Assembly: GCA_002412545.1 (NCBI GenBank)
Contig: DHVG01000002.1
Location: forward strand, 241,872 to 305,871
DNA length: 64,000 nt
From: Elusimicrobia bacterium UBA5214
Lineage (GTDB): Bacteria > Elusimicrobiota > UBA5214
Direction: 5' to 3'
Both the position numbers and the translations under genes were made by a program. Shown piece by piece: positions 1-8,976 of the stretch. Within the stretch, counting starts at the first letter, position 1; the number at the start of each line of letters is the position of its first letter. Under the pieces are notes generated by a model. It did not search any database. It worked only from the letters and a program-made list of their open reading frames with translations, and was not told the origin of the DNA.

Positions 1-1244
1 GGGATAAAGTTCTTGTCCAGTTATTTGAAGGGACTACCGGATTAAATACTACCGAAAGCCGGGTACGTTTTTTAGGACGAGGAATTGAACTGCCGGTATC
101 TGCGGATATGCTCGGCAGAATTTTTGACGGACTGGGACGGCCGATTGATAAAGGCCCGGCAATTATCCCGGAAAAGAAACTGGATATTAACGGCAGCCCG
201 ATAAATCCCTACTCGCGCGATTTTCCTGAAGAGTTTATTCAAACTGGTGTTTCGGCAATTGACGGGATGAACACTTTAGTCCGTGGACAGAAATTACCGA
301 TTATGTCCGGCAGTGGTTTACCCCATAACCTTCTTGCGGCACAGATTGCTCGGCAAGCAAAAGTTTTGGGTAAAGAAGAGAAGTTTGCTGTCGTCTTCGC
401 CGCTATGGGTATAACTTTTGAAGAAGCAAATTTTTTCATTTCCGATTTCCGGCGTACTGGTGCAATTGAACGCACTGTCCTTTTTATTAATCTCGCTGAT
501 GACCCGGCAATTGAACGCATCTCTACCCCGCGGATGGCACTTACCTGTGCCGAATATTTCGCTTTTGAAAAAGATATGCATGTCTTAGTGATTCTTACCG
601 ATATGACCAACTACTGCGATGCTTTAAGAGAAATTTCGGCAGCGAGAAAAGAAGTGCCTGGACGAAGGGGTTATCCCGGATATATGTATACTGATTTAGC
701 GACCAATTACGAACGTGCCGGAAGAATCAAAGGCAAGAAAGGTTCAATTACCCAAATTCCGATTTTAACCATGCCCGAAGACGATAAAACCCACCCGATT
801 CCCGACTTGACCGGCTACATTACTGAAGGACAACTGATTCTTTCCCGCGAACTGCATCGCCAGGGCATCTATCCGCCGATTGATGTTCTACCTTCGCTTT
901 CCCGGTTGAAACAGAAAGGTATCGGTCCGGAAAGAACACGCGATGACCATGCTAATATTAGCAGTCAACTTTTTGCCGCTTATGCTCGTGGTCGTGATTT
1001 GAAAGAGTTAGCCCTCATTCTCGGTGAAGCAGCACTTTCTGAAACCGATAAAATGTTTATTAAATTTGCTGACCAATATGAGAATAAATTCGTCCAGCAG
1101 GGTGAAAACGAAAACCGGAGCATTGAGGAGACACTGGATTTAGGTTGGAATCTTTTGACCTTACTCCCGAAAACCGAACTCAAACGGGTCAAAGAAGAAG
1201 AAATAGAAAAATATCTTCCGAAAGAAATTAAGTCCGAATTATGA
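1..1244 (+). CDS. atpB: V-type (A/V) ATP synthase subunit B, 5' end outside the window
   Basis: The frame is open from nt 3 ([35 protein letters not shown] precedes the first Met at 108). The body matches V/A-ATPase B blocks ([67 protein letters not shown]). Confidence 0.93.
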   Translation, partial: DKVLVQLFEGTTGLNTTESRVRFLGRGIELPVSADMLGRIFDGLGRPIDKGPAIIPEKKLDINGSPINPYSRDFPEEFIQTGVSAIDGMNTLVRGQKLPIMSGSGLPHNLLAAQIARQAKVLGKEEKFAVVFAAMGITFEEANFFISDFRRTGAIERTVLFINLADDPAIERISTPRMALTCAEYFAFEKDMHVLVILTDMTNYCDALREISAARKEVPGRRGYPGYMYTDLATNYERAGRIKGKKGSITQIPILTMPEDDKTHPIPDLTGYITEGQLILSRELHRQGIYPPIDVLPSLSRLKQKGIGPERTRDDHANISSQLFAAYARGRDLKELALILGEAALSETDKMFIKFADQYENKFVQQGENENRSIEETLDLGWNLLTLLPKTELKRVKEEEIEKYLPKEIKSEL

Positions 1245-1300
1245 ATGATGAATTATGAATCAAAATCATAACTCATACTTCATAACTCATAATTCATAAT
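1241..1300. repeat. Heptamer dyad array (ATGAATN x3, then TAANTCA x5) between atpB and atpD
   Basis: Period-7 words read directly. ATGAATTATGA is complementary to TCATAATTCAT in the second half. Confidence 0.8.
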
Positions 1301-1315
1301 TTGAGCGGAGCGTAT

Positions 1316-1936
1316 ATGCGTTTAGCCGTTGGTTCTACCCGGATGGAATTGTTGAAACTGAAAAGACGGATTGCCATTGCCCGCCGGGGACATCGTCTGC
1401 TTAAAGATAAACAGGATGAATTAGTCCGCCGATTCCTTCCTTTGATTGAGCAAGTGGTAAACCTGCGTAAAGAAGTTGAAGAAAAAATTGAACAAGCACA
1501 AAAAAGTTTTTTTCTCGCCCGGGCACTGATGCCCGAAGAAAACCTTGGTGAAGCGCTGAACTCTTCCCAGATGAAGACAAAAATTAATCTCCTTTATACC
1601 CAACTGCTTAATTTGCGCGTACCGAAAGTGTCAGTAGAATTTACCGGCAGTCCGCATACTTACGGGATGGTTTACACTTCCGCTGAACTTGACCTTGCCT
1701 TAATGCGTTACCATGAAGTTTTACCTTTAATGCTTGAACTTGCCGCTTTAGAAAAAACCGTAGAACTGCTCGCTTTAGAAATTGAAAAAACCCGACGCCG
1801 GGTTAATGCTTTAGAATACACCCTTATCCCCAACCTGTTGGAGACAATCAAATATATCACCGCAAAACTTACCGAGACCGAACGCGATAATCTTACCCGT
1901 CTGATGAAAATAAAAGAAATCGTGAGAGCACATTGA
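1316..1936 (+). CDS. atpD: V-type ATP synthase subunit D
   Basis: MRLAVGSTRMELLKLKRRIAIARRGHRLLKDKQDELVRRF is the canonical subunit D N-terminus, and there is an RRRVNALE block near the C-terminus. The gene directly follows subunit B. ATG 1316 is preferred over the TTG 1301 of the ORF track. Confidence 0.9.
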   Translation: MRLAVGSTRMELLKLKRRIAIARRGHRLLKDKQDELVRRFLPLIEQVVNLRKEVEEKIEQAQKSFFLARALMPEENLGEALNSSQMKTKINLLYTQLLNLRVPKVSVEFTGSPHTYGMVYTSAELDLALMRYHEVLPLMLELAALEKTVELLALEIEKTRRRVNALEYTLIPNLLETIKYITAKLTETERDNLTRLMKIKEIVRAH

Positions 1937-1943
1937 TAAAATC

Positions 1944-2012
1944 GGTGATTGGGTGATTGGGTTATTAGGTTATTGGGTCAATGAGTGGTTAAGTGGATAT
2001 GTGGTTAGGTAG
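1944..2012. repeat. Octamer array (GGTGATTG/GGTTATTG/AGTGGTTA words)
   Basis: Nine consecutive 8-nt degenerate words after the atpD stop. Confidence 0.75.
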
Positions 2013-2108
2013 AGGAAATTGCTGGGGAGAAACAGCAATGAAGTTGTTCAAAAACATCTTTGATTACCGCTGAAACAATTGGTAAAAATGTAGGAACATA
2101 CTAAAACC

Positions 2109-2855
2109 ATGGGGATGCTTATTATGAAAAAGGATTATTATAACAAGGCAGTGGAAGATTCTACGGAAGCAAAACAGACAAACACAAGAGAAGCAGAAGC
2201 ATACTGCAACCATGGGGTTGCTTGTTATAGAAAAGGATTACATGATAAGGCAATAGAATGCTACACAAGAGCAATACAGATAAACCCAAAATTAGAAGAC
2301 GCATATTACAACCGCGGGTTTGTTTATGCTGAAAAAGGATTATATGGTAAGGCAATAAAAGATTACACAAAAGCAATATGGATAAACCCAAAATCTAATG
2401 ATGCATATTACAACCGTGCGAATGTTTATATTGCTAAAAAACTATATGATAAGGCAATAGAAGATTATACAATGGCAATACAAATAAATCGAGAAGATAC
2501 ATTTGCATACTATAAGCGCGGGATTGCCTATTCTGGAAAAGGATTATATGACAAAGCAATAGAAAATTATACAAAAGTAATACAGATAAACCCGAAATTA
2601 GAAGGTGCATACTACGAGCGCGCACTTGCTTATAGTAAGAAGGGATTACTTGATGAAACAATCGAAGATTGCACAAATGCGATAAAAGCAAATCCAAAAT
2701 ATAGAAATGCATACCTTACCCGCGGTGCTGCTTATCATAGTAAAAGTTTAGATAAATTATGTATTTCTGATTGGGAAAAAGCCGCAGATTTAGGTGACGA
2801 AGAAGCAATACAAAAATTAGGAGAAATTTTTAATATTGACTATTTGGTCACCTAG
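2109..2855 (+). CDS. Tetratricopeptide (TPR) repeat protein
   Basis: About seven consecutive 34-residue repeats of the form AYYNRG..Y...G.YDKAIEDYTKAIQINP. Confidence 0.85.
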   Translation: MGMLIMKKDYYNKAVEDSTEAKQTNTREAEAYCNHGVACYRKGLHDKAIECYTRAIQINPKLEDAYYNRGFVYAEKGLYGKAIKDYTKAIWINPKSNDAYYNRANVYIAKKLYDKAIEDYTMAIQINREDTFAYYKRGIAYSGKGLYDKAIENYTKVIQINPKLEGAYYERALAYSKKGLLDETIEDCTNAIKANPKYRNAYLTRGAAYHSKSLDKLCISDWEKAADLGDEEAIQKLGEIFNIDYLVT

Positions 2856-2926
2856 AAATGGGTGTAGAAAAATCGGACAGAGGTAATTTCTAAAGTGATT
2901 AGTGATCTAAAAAGGGGGAGTTTAAA

Positions 2927-4099
2927 ATGGTTCCTTTTTTCGTAGACAACAGGGGAAAAACACTAATTTCTGTTTTCGATAAGTTGCTTCCTGAATCCGA
3001 AAAATGTTTAGTTGCAGTTGCCTATTTGACAAGTGATGGTCTAACGGCGCTCGGGAAAGTTTTAGGAAGAGTCAGAAATAACGTTAGAATGATTATCGGG
3101 ACAGGTTTTGGACTTTCTGATCCGAAGGCAATTAAGAAACTTAGGAGAATGCCAAAGATTACCTGTAAGATAATGGTAAGCGAATCAAAAGGATTGGATA
3201 GTTCATTCCATCCCAAACTTTACATTTTCTATCTCAAAAACAATGTTGTTCTCTCGGTTGGGTCGTCTAACTTAACCCATGGGGGGTTAGAAAGAAATGA
3301 GGAGGCGAATATAGTCTTGCAATTACCACAGGAGGCTCCATTGGTCAAACAAGCCGAAAAGAGCTTCGAAAGTTGGTGGGCGAAGGCTTTAATTCCTTCT
3401 GATGAACTTCTCAGAAAACTGCAACAAGCACATAGAAAGAGGCAAGAATGGGAAAGAAAAGTCACGAGAGAAGAGGAAAAACTACTCTCAGAATCGGAAG
3501 AAACGATACCAGTAAAATTTGGGGAGAATATGAAGAAGGAGATTAAACAGATATGCAAAGATGTGGGCCCCAAAAGAATACAAATCCGCCGGAGAAGTGA
3601 GAATGAAGCGATTAAAATTCTAAGAAAAAGCAGGAACAACTTCAATAAAAATCTCCTTGAAAAGTTCTTAGAAAAGGCCGATACGGATTACTCGGAGAGA
3701 GGGTCCTCTCAAGGACGATTTGTTTCCACAATTCTAGGTCGAAACAAGAATTTGATTCTCGGGGATAGCATAAAGAAAATACAGTTACTAATTCGTGAGA
3801 TTTTCTTTGAAGAAAGAATAGATAAGGTAGAAGAACTCGTCGGAGACCTAAAAGGAATTAAATACGGATTTGTTTCACTTTTATTATATTTAAAGGACCG
3901 AAACCGTTTTAACTTTTATACTCCACATAAGATAGAACGAGGATTAAGAAATATACGCAAGATAAAAGACAAATTCAGAGGAAATTTCCAAAAAAGATAC
4001 GAACAGTTCAATCACCTTGCCAACAAAATAAAATCAGACTGTAACTGTGAACCACAAGCCATGGATATTATATTTGCTGTTAAGGGAGAGGAAAAGTAA
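2927..4099 (+). CDS. PLD-family (HKD) nuclease-like protein with an uncharacterised C-terminal domain
   Basis: Single HKD-type motif FHPKLYIFYLKNNVVLSVGSSNLTHGGL at about residues 93-120, as in Nuc/BfiI/NgoFVII-type PLD nucleases. Strong RBS GGGGGAG 8 nt upstream. The C-terminal ~200 aa have no motif I recognise. Confidence 0.7.
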   Translation: MVPFFVDNRGKTLISVFDKLLPESEKCLVAVAYLTSDGLTALGKVLGRVRNNVRMIIGTGFGLSDPKAIKKLRRMPKITCKIMVSESKGLDSSFHPKLYIFYLKNNVVLSVGSSNLTHGGLERNEEANIVLQLPQEAPLVKQAEKSFESWWAKALIPSDELLRKLQQAHRKRQEWERKVTREEEKLLSESEETIPVKFGENMKKEIKQICKDVGPKRIQIRRRSENEAIKILRKSRNNFNKNLLEKFLEKADTDYSERGSSQGRFVSTILGRNKNLILGDSIKKIQLLIREIFFEERIDKVEELVGDLKGIKYGFVSLLLYLKDRNRFNFYTPHKIERGLRNIRKIKDKFRGNFQKRYEQFNHLANKIKSDCNCEPQAMDIIFAVKGEEK

Positions 4100-4112
4100 G
4101 AAAACTAGAATG

Positions 4113-4184
4113 TAGAAAATATAGGAATTAGAGGAACTAGGGGCGTTTCCTAATTAAATTAAAGATGGAGAAAGAATTTAAAAT
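4113..4184 (+). repeat. Left copy of an imperfect direct repeat bracketing the AIPR gene
   Basis: The core GGGGCGTTTCCTAATTAAATTAAAGATGGAGAAAGAATTTAAAAT (4140-4184) aligns with 6374-6419 at about 40 of 46 positions by hand. It includes a duplicated ATGGAGAAAGAA start. Confidence 0.7.
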
Positions 4185-4304
4185 AAAGGGACCGTTTCTG
4201 TTTTTTTTCTTATGACTTGAATCGTACAGGGCTTGGAGTGAAAATTTTAAAAGAAGTATAGTCTAAATTTGATTAAATAACACCTTTAATCTGGGAGGTT
4301 TAAA

Positions 4305-6035
4305 ATGAACAGAAAAGAATTGTTTGATTTTACGTTACGAAGCATTAAAGAAAAATCTAAAAAATTCCGGCTTGCAGAACCACAAGGTTTTATTAAATGG
4401 TTTATTGAGCTTTATTTTCTTAATCCGCAAGAAGTGTTTGTTTCTGATGGAAGTAAAGATGGTAAAATCGACTGCTTTTTTAACACCAATAATGGGCGAA
4501 ACGTTAAACATTATCTGGTAAATGCTAAATACACTTCCGAATATGATAATAAGGCTCCAGTTAAGTTTTATGAAGAGATTTCTTATTTTTGTCATGTTGT
4601 TCAAAATAAAGATGCTAGAGGAGAGTATTTGCAAAAAGCGGTTAAGCCAGAATTAGCCCAAAGATATAAAAAATTATTTGATTACTATGATGCTGGCACA
4701 GCCAATTTAGTTTTCGTAACTAATCATACGAAAAATGATCCCCATTATAAAGAAGTTAAAGAATTATCCATAAAGATATTTCATTTGGATGATCTCATCC
4801 AGTTTATTGTTGATGATATAGATATTGCGATGCCGAGAACAGACGACTTAGTACTTAATGATATTCATAATGTGTTATCGCCTGATAAAAAAGACACAGA
4901 AGTCTCTACTTCAATTGTTTTTGCTAAGTTATATGATTTTGTGAAATATATGGAAGATGATCCTTACGATTTACTTTTTGCGAGAAATGTAAGATTGGAT
5001 TTGGGGAATACTCAAGTCAATAAAGAAATAAAAAAAACATTTGAATCAAAGCCTACTGAATTCGCTTTTAGCAATAATGGAATTACGATGCTTTGCGAAC
5101 GTCACATACATAATCCCGGCACAAAAGAACTAACGATTGTAAATCCTCGCGTAGTAAATGGTTCTCAAACCTTGCATAGTATACGTACTATTCAAACTCC
5201 ACCATTAAATGCGAGAGTAATGTTGAGAATTATTGAAATACCGCCTCTGTATGGCGATGATTTACCTGAAAAAATATCTAAAAAGAAAGATATAATGAAT
5301 AAAATTGCAATAAGAAGCAATCAACAAAATCAAATAAAACTGTGGAATTTAGTCGCCAATGATGATTTCCAATTGGAGTTGTATAGATTTTTCAGGGGGA
5401 AGGGTTTTTTCTATGAACGCAGAGAAAAAGAGTATAAAACGAGAAGTAGAGAATTAAGGAGCGTCCAAATTTATCAAGGCCCATCATTAACAAGCATGTG
5501 TCAGCTTATTTGTTGTTACAAATGGCATGACAAAAAATTAGGACCTGCTGTTGCGAGGAATTTAGCGAAGTTATTCGATGGTGCCACGTATGATATTATC
5601 AAAGCAACCAATCCCGAACTTGCTTATCAGCTGTTTCTTTTGGATAAGATAATTTATAAATACTGGGGATTGTTAGCTAACAAAAAATATATCAGCAATC
5701 TAAAAAACTACCCGCATCAATCATTATTTTCTTTAATAATAAAAGTTACAGAATTATCAAATGTTAAGTGGGGGAATCCAGATTTAACTCCGATTTTGGA
5801 AGATTACTGTAATAATGATTCAGAATACAAGAATCTGCGCAACTTTGTTAAGTCTTGTATAGATTTTATATATCAACACTACAAAAAAACTAAACAAGCA
5901 TATCTGAAGAAAGAGAAAGATGCTCTTTCAATTGCTAATTATTTTAAGTCAAATTTATATATGTCGTCGCTATTGAAACAGAACATATATTTTCCGTATA
6001 AGAAATTTACCAAAAAATTATTTCTGAAAATATGA
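4305..6035 (+). CDS. AIPR-family abortive infection (phage resistance) protein
   Basis: N-terminal SDGSKDGKIDCFF...YLVNAKYT (DG.D.GID ... K pattern). Central FSNNGITMLCE...LTIVNPRVVNGSQTLHSI matches the AIPR NGITI / IVNG.QT blocks. RBS GGGAGG. Visibly more AT-rich than the flanking core genes. Confidence 0.75.
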   Translation: MNRKELFDFTLRSIKEKSKKFRLAEPQGFIKWFIELYFLNPQEVFVSDGSKDGKIDCFFNTNNGRNVKHYLVNAKYTSEYDNKAPVKFYEEISYFCHVVQNKDARGEYLQKAVKPELAQRYKKLFDYYDAGTANLVFVTNHTKNDPHYKEVKELSIKIFHLDDLIQFIVDDIDIAMPRTDDLVLNDIHNVLSPDKKDTEVSTSIVFAKLYDFVKYMEDDPYDLLFARNVRLDLGNTQVNKEIKKTFESKPTEFAFSNNGITMLCERHIHNPGTKELTIVNPRVVNGSQTLHSIRTIQTPPLNARVMLRIIEIPPLYGDDLPEKISKKKDIMNKIAIRSNQQNQIKLWNLVANDDFQLELYRFFRGKGFFYERREKEYKTRSRELRSVQIYQGPSLTSMCQLICCYKWHDKKLGPAVARNLAKLFDGATYDIIKATNPELAYQLFLLDKIIYKYWGLLANKKYISNLKNYPHQSLFSLIIKVTELSNVKWGNPDLTPILEDYCNNDSEYKNLRNFVKSCIDFIYQHYKKTKQAYLKKEKDALSIANYFKSNLYMSSLLKQNIYFPYKKFTKKLFLKI

Positions 6036-6361
6036 CCCGCTTATAAAGCTTATAAATCTGTAAATCTATATGACGTTTCTATCTTCTAAATGATTAACGG
6101 CGACCTTATTAAAACTAGGGACAGTTACCGTTATTTCGTAATAAAATAGTCGCTGTCCCATTTTATGTTTTCTCACAATAAAATAAGCGTTGCTTCCCAT
6201 TCCTATTTTGACTTGTTGTGCGCATAGATTATGAATAACTTATAAAAATGGGGACGCTTTTAATTATTTTATCGGATAAGAATAGAAAAATCGGAACATC
6301 CTTACTTTCGCATGGATGAATTACCCTTTCGGTCATCCCGTCGCCTCGCATAAAAAATATT

Positions 6362-6419
6362 TAGAAAGGAATTGGGGACGGTTCCTAATTGAATTAAAAA
6401 TGGAGAAAGAACTTAATAT
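6362..6419 (+). repeat. Right copy of the direct repeat (upstream region plus the first six codons of the DUF1805 gene)
   Basis: GGGGACGGTTCCTAATTGAATTAAAAATGGAGAAAGAACTTAATAT. See the left copy. Confidence 0.7.
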
Positions 6420-6687
6420 TGCCGGAAAAAAATTTCAGGGATACGAAATAAAGATTGGGGAGAAAACTTTAGTCTTGATTGTTGGCGAGAAGGGTTATCT
6501 TGCCTGCGGGTATTGGAATTTAGAAGCAGCGGATAAATTCAATGACTGCTGTGCAATTATTACCGGGGTGAAGATGGTTGAAGAAATGTTAGAAAAGAAA
6601 GTGGTCGCGGTAAGTAAAAAAGCGCTGGAATTAGGAATACATACCGAGATGACCGGAAAAGAAGTCCTTGAGAAAATTCCTGCCTGA
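6400..6687 (+). CDS. DUF1805 (YunC-like) small protein
   Basis: MEKELNIAGKKFQGYEIKIGEKTLVLIVGEKGYLACGYWNLEAADKF...ITGVKMVEEML has the length and pattern of B. subtilis YunC-type proteins. Internal ATG 6400 is preferred over the ORF-track start 6316. Confidence 0.7.
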   Translation: MEKELNIAGKKFQGYEIKIGEKTLVLIVGEKGYLACGYWNLEAADKFNDCCAIITGVKMVEEMLEKKVVAVSKKALELGIHTEMTGKEVLEKIPA

Positions 6688-6696
6688 AAACTTGAG

Positions 6697-7449
6697 TTAC
6701 TGGCGCAGGGAAGCTTTGGAAAAAATATGTTCGGGTATTTCCACATCAAAATCAATTGACTCAATTACCAGTTCGGTGCCGTCACCTTCCTTAAGCACAT
6801 CCTTAAAAACCATCCTTTTCGGGTACCAGCGTTCCCCAACCTTAAATACTTCATTGATTTGGAAAGTTTTCAGCAGTTTACCGCCCCGGGCAAAGAGGTC
6901 TTCCCGTAAAGGAAGGAATCTTTCCTTATCCACCCAGAGTTTACGAGAATAGTAAGCGGTATCTTTGGTGGCGTTCAGTTCAAGCAGGTAACATTGACGT
7001 TCACCGATTTTTTCTTCTCCGCTAACTTTTGCCTCGTAACTATTGCTTAAGACCGGGTCTTCCATAAAATCCTCATAGGAAATATCCGAACCGGACATTG
7101 ACTGCCGGAGCATATGCCCGGCAATCTTGATTATCCGGTCAGTAGAAGGTGACCACATCCAGAGTTCATCTTTCAGCTTAAGCATTTTCGTGCCTTTTTC
7201 CCGTGCCGGCTCAAGATATTCGGTGAACGCTTTTTCCTGTCCTTGAGCCCAGGTCTTGGTTTTAATCGTGCGGGTGCCCCGCCGTCCTTTGATTACCATT
7301 TGACCTACGGAGATATGGTTCGTTGCCGCATAATTCTTGTCCACTCTTTTCAGAATTTCTTTACCGGAAAGTTCCTCCGCATAAACCGAACTGTCTATTA
7401 AAAAGAATATTAAACTGAATGACAACAAAAACAAAATTAATTTCTTCAC
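6697..7449 (-). CDS. LolA-like outer-membrane lipoprotein-sorting family protein (secreted)
   Basis: Signal peptide MKKLILFLLSFSLIFFLIDSSVYA. The family is typically encoded next to paired FtsX-type permeases. It is the last gene of the ABC cluster. Confidence 0.6.
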   Translation of the reverse strand: MKKLILFLLSFSLIFFLIDSSVYAEELSGKEILKRVDKNYAATNHISVGQMVIKGRRGTRTIKTKTWAQGQEKAFTEYLEPAREKGTKMLKLKDELWMWSPSTDRIIKIAGHMLRQSMSGSDISYEDFMEDPVLSNSYEAKVSGEEKIGERQCYLLELNATKDTAYYSRKLWVDKERFLPLREDLFARGGKLLKTFQINEVFKVGERWYPKRMVFKDVLKEGDGTELVIESIDFDVEIPEHIFSKASLRQ

Positions 7450-7470
7450 TTCTTTACCCGCTCCTAATTC

Positions 7471-7705
7471 CTAGTGTAGTGTTCCTAACAGTTCTTTACA
7501 TTTGGTTGTCATTGCGAGGAGCGTTAGCGACGAAGCAATCTGACGCTAAAGGCGTCATTCTGAACAGAGTGAAAAATCTCCCATAAGACCCTTCGCTATG
7601 CTCAGGGTGACACTTCGTGTCAGATTGCCACGCTCCCTTCGGTCACTCGCAATGACAATTCAATGAATATTCAAATGTCAAGAGATTTATGGGACACTAC
7701 ACTAG
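7471..7705. repeat. About 235-bp nested imperfect palindrome (REP/MITE-like) filling an intergenic gap
   Basis: Arm pairs: CTAGTGTAGTGT (7471-7482) / ACACTACACTAG (7694-7705); ACATTTG / CAAATGT; TTGTCATTGCGAG (7505-7517) / CTCGCAATGACAA (7645-7657); GCAATCTGAC / GTCAGATTGC. There are also small internal hairpins. Confidence 0.75.
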
Positions 7706-8976
7706 ACTTCTAATTCTTTAAACAATTGTGAGGTTTGTCTTTTATAAACCCCGATTCCGGCAAACATCGTCCCGAGCACCGAAGCGAAAAGTCCCGGTAA
7801 AAAACCGATATAATAACTGGTTTCAGTCACCCTTGCACGGATAACTGAAGGAATAAGAATATTCGATTTCTGCAACATTTTGCTAATATCCAGTCCTACA
7901 TACTGTAACCAGTAAGATGCAACCAATCCGATTGCCGTGCCGAGTAGAGAACCGGCAATCCCGATACCTACCGATTCAAGGATTAACGAACGGTAGATGT
8001 CGCCTTTCGGTTCACCCATCGCTAAGCGCACTCCAATCTCACCGTAACGCCGGATACCGTTCATCAGTCCGGCATTCCAGAGGACAACCGACATCACAAA
8101 AATAAAAATAGTCACGATGATACTTCCCAAGGTAGAAGCCATCTGGAGGATATCTCTTAATCCACCCTGTTCACCCAAACTCAACATCAGTGGTGCGAAT
8201 TCATCGTTTTGGTTGGAATATTTCTGGTTAAATTCCCGGGCTACTTTAATCATTGAAGCATCGTCATAAACCATGTCTTTAGTAAATCCGAGAATCTCGC
8301 TTGCCCCGTCAGCCATATCCAGAGCAAGTCGGACATCATTGATATCCGCAAAAATCGTGCTCCGGTCAATTATAAGCATTCCGAATCTCACTGTACCGGC
8401 AATTTTGAAATTATACATCGCCATACTGCCATACATGGTTGAACCAAGCAGAGTAGCGGTTTCTCCGATATTTACACCGAGTTTTTCGGCAAACGCTTCA
8501 CTAATCAGTATTTCGTCTTTATTCTCGGGTAGTTTTCCCCGGACTAAAGATTTTTTCAGGTTCAAAAGTTTTATTTCCGGAGAATCCGGGTCACGCAGAT
8601 TTATCCCTAATCCGAATACCGGGCCCTGGGAACGGCTCTCACCCTTTTTATCCGGGATATCCAGTAAACCGCCGAATTTTATCCGCGGTAACCAGAGCAT
8701 CGCCGGTTTATTTTTCTTTAGTTGTGCCAATAAATCATTAACCCCGAGTAAAGCAAGGTCGTTAGGTAATTGGTCGGCCAGTTCTTTGTAGGCACGGGTC
8801 ATAATTTTGACCTGACCGGTATCAAAGCGGGCACTGACATCAACCATATCTCCCAAGATACCACGCATATAACTGTAAAGGAATACGGTTAAAAATACTC
8901 CGGCACTTACCATCAATATCGGGAACAAACTTCTTGAACGGTCTCGGAGTAATCCTTTAAGTAAAAATTTTATCAT
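7702..8976 (-). CDS. ABC transporter permease, FtsX/MacB-like
   Basis: An N-terminal TM segment, a large periplasmic domain and a C-terminal 3-TM FtsX domain. It has a 4-nt overlap with the upstream permease gene. Confidence 0.85.
   Translation of the reverse strand: MIKFLLKGLLRDRSRSLFPILMVSAGVFLTVFLYSYMRGILGDMVDVSARFDTGQVKIMTRAYKELADQLPNDLALLGVNDLLAQLKKNKPAMLWLPRIKFGGLLDIPDKKGESRSQGPVFGLGINLRDPDSPEIKLLNLKKSLVRGKLPENKDEILISEAFAEKLGVNIGETATLLGSTMYGSMAMYNFKIAGTVRFGMLIIDRSTIFADINDVRLALDMADGASEILGFTKDMVYDDASMIKVAREFNQKYSNQNDEFAPLMLSLGEQGGLRDILQMASTLGSIIVTIFIFVMSVVLWNAGLMNGIRRYGEIGVRLAMGEPKGDIYRSLILESVGIGIAGSLLGTAIGLVASYWLQYVGLDISKMLQKSNILIPSVIRARVTETSYYIGFLPGLFASVLGTMFAGIGVYKRQTSQLFKELEV

Noticed and set aside
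239-610. Antisense or overlapping short ORFs inside conserved genes (for example 239-610, 318-581, 8273-8791, 19907-20395, 36894-37232, 41826-42092, 52520-52816)
   Set aside because: Each lies opposite, or out of frame to, a gene with clear family motifs. They are shadow ORFs favoured by AT-rich codon complements.
6316-6399. N-terminal extension of the DUF1805 ORF (MNYPFGHPVASHKKYLERNWGRFLIELK)
   Set aside because: The family is ~95-100 aa and begins at the internal MEKE. The extension covers the direct-repeat junction DNA.
2856-6420. Classical integron
   Set aside because: There is no intI-type integrase and no attC-like imperfect palindromes of the usual design. Only the reiterated junction motifs are reported.
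6668-6952. 94-aa plus-strand ORF overlapping the 3' end of the LolA-like gene
   Set aside because: It overlaps a better-supported minus-strand gene. Its Ser/Pro-rich composition is typical of antisense translation.
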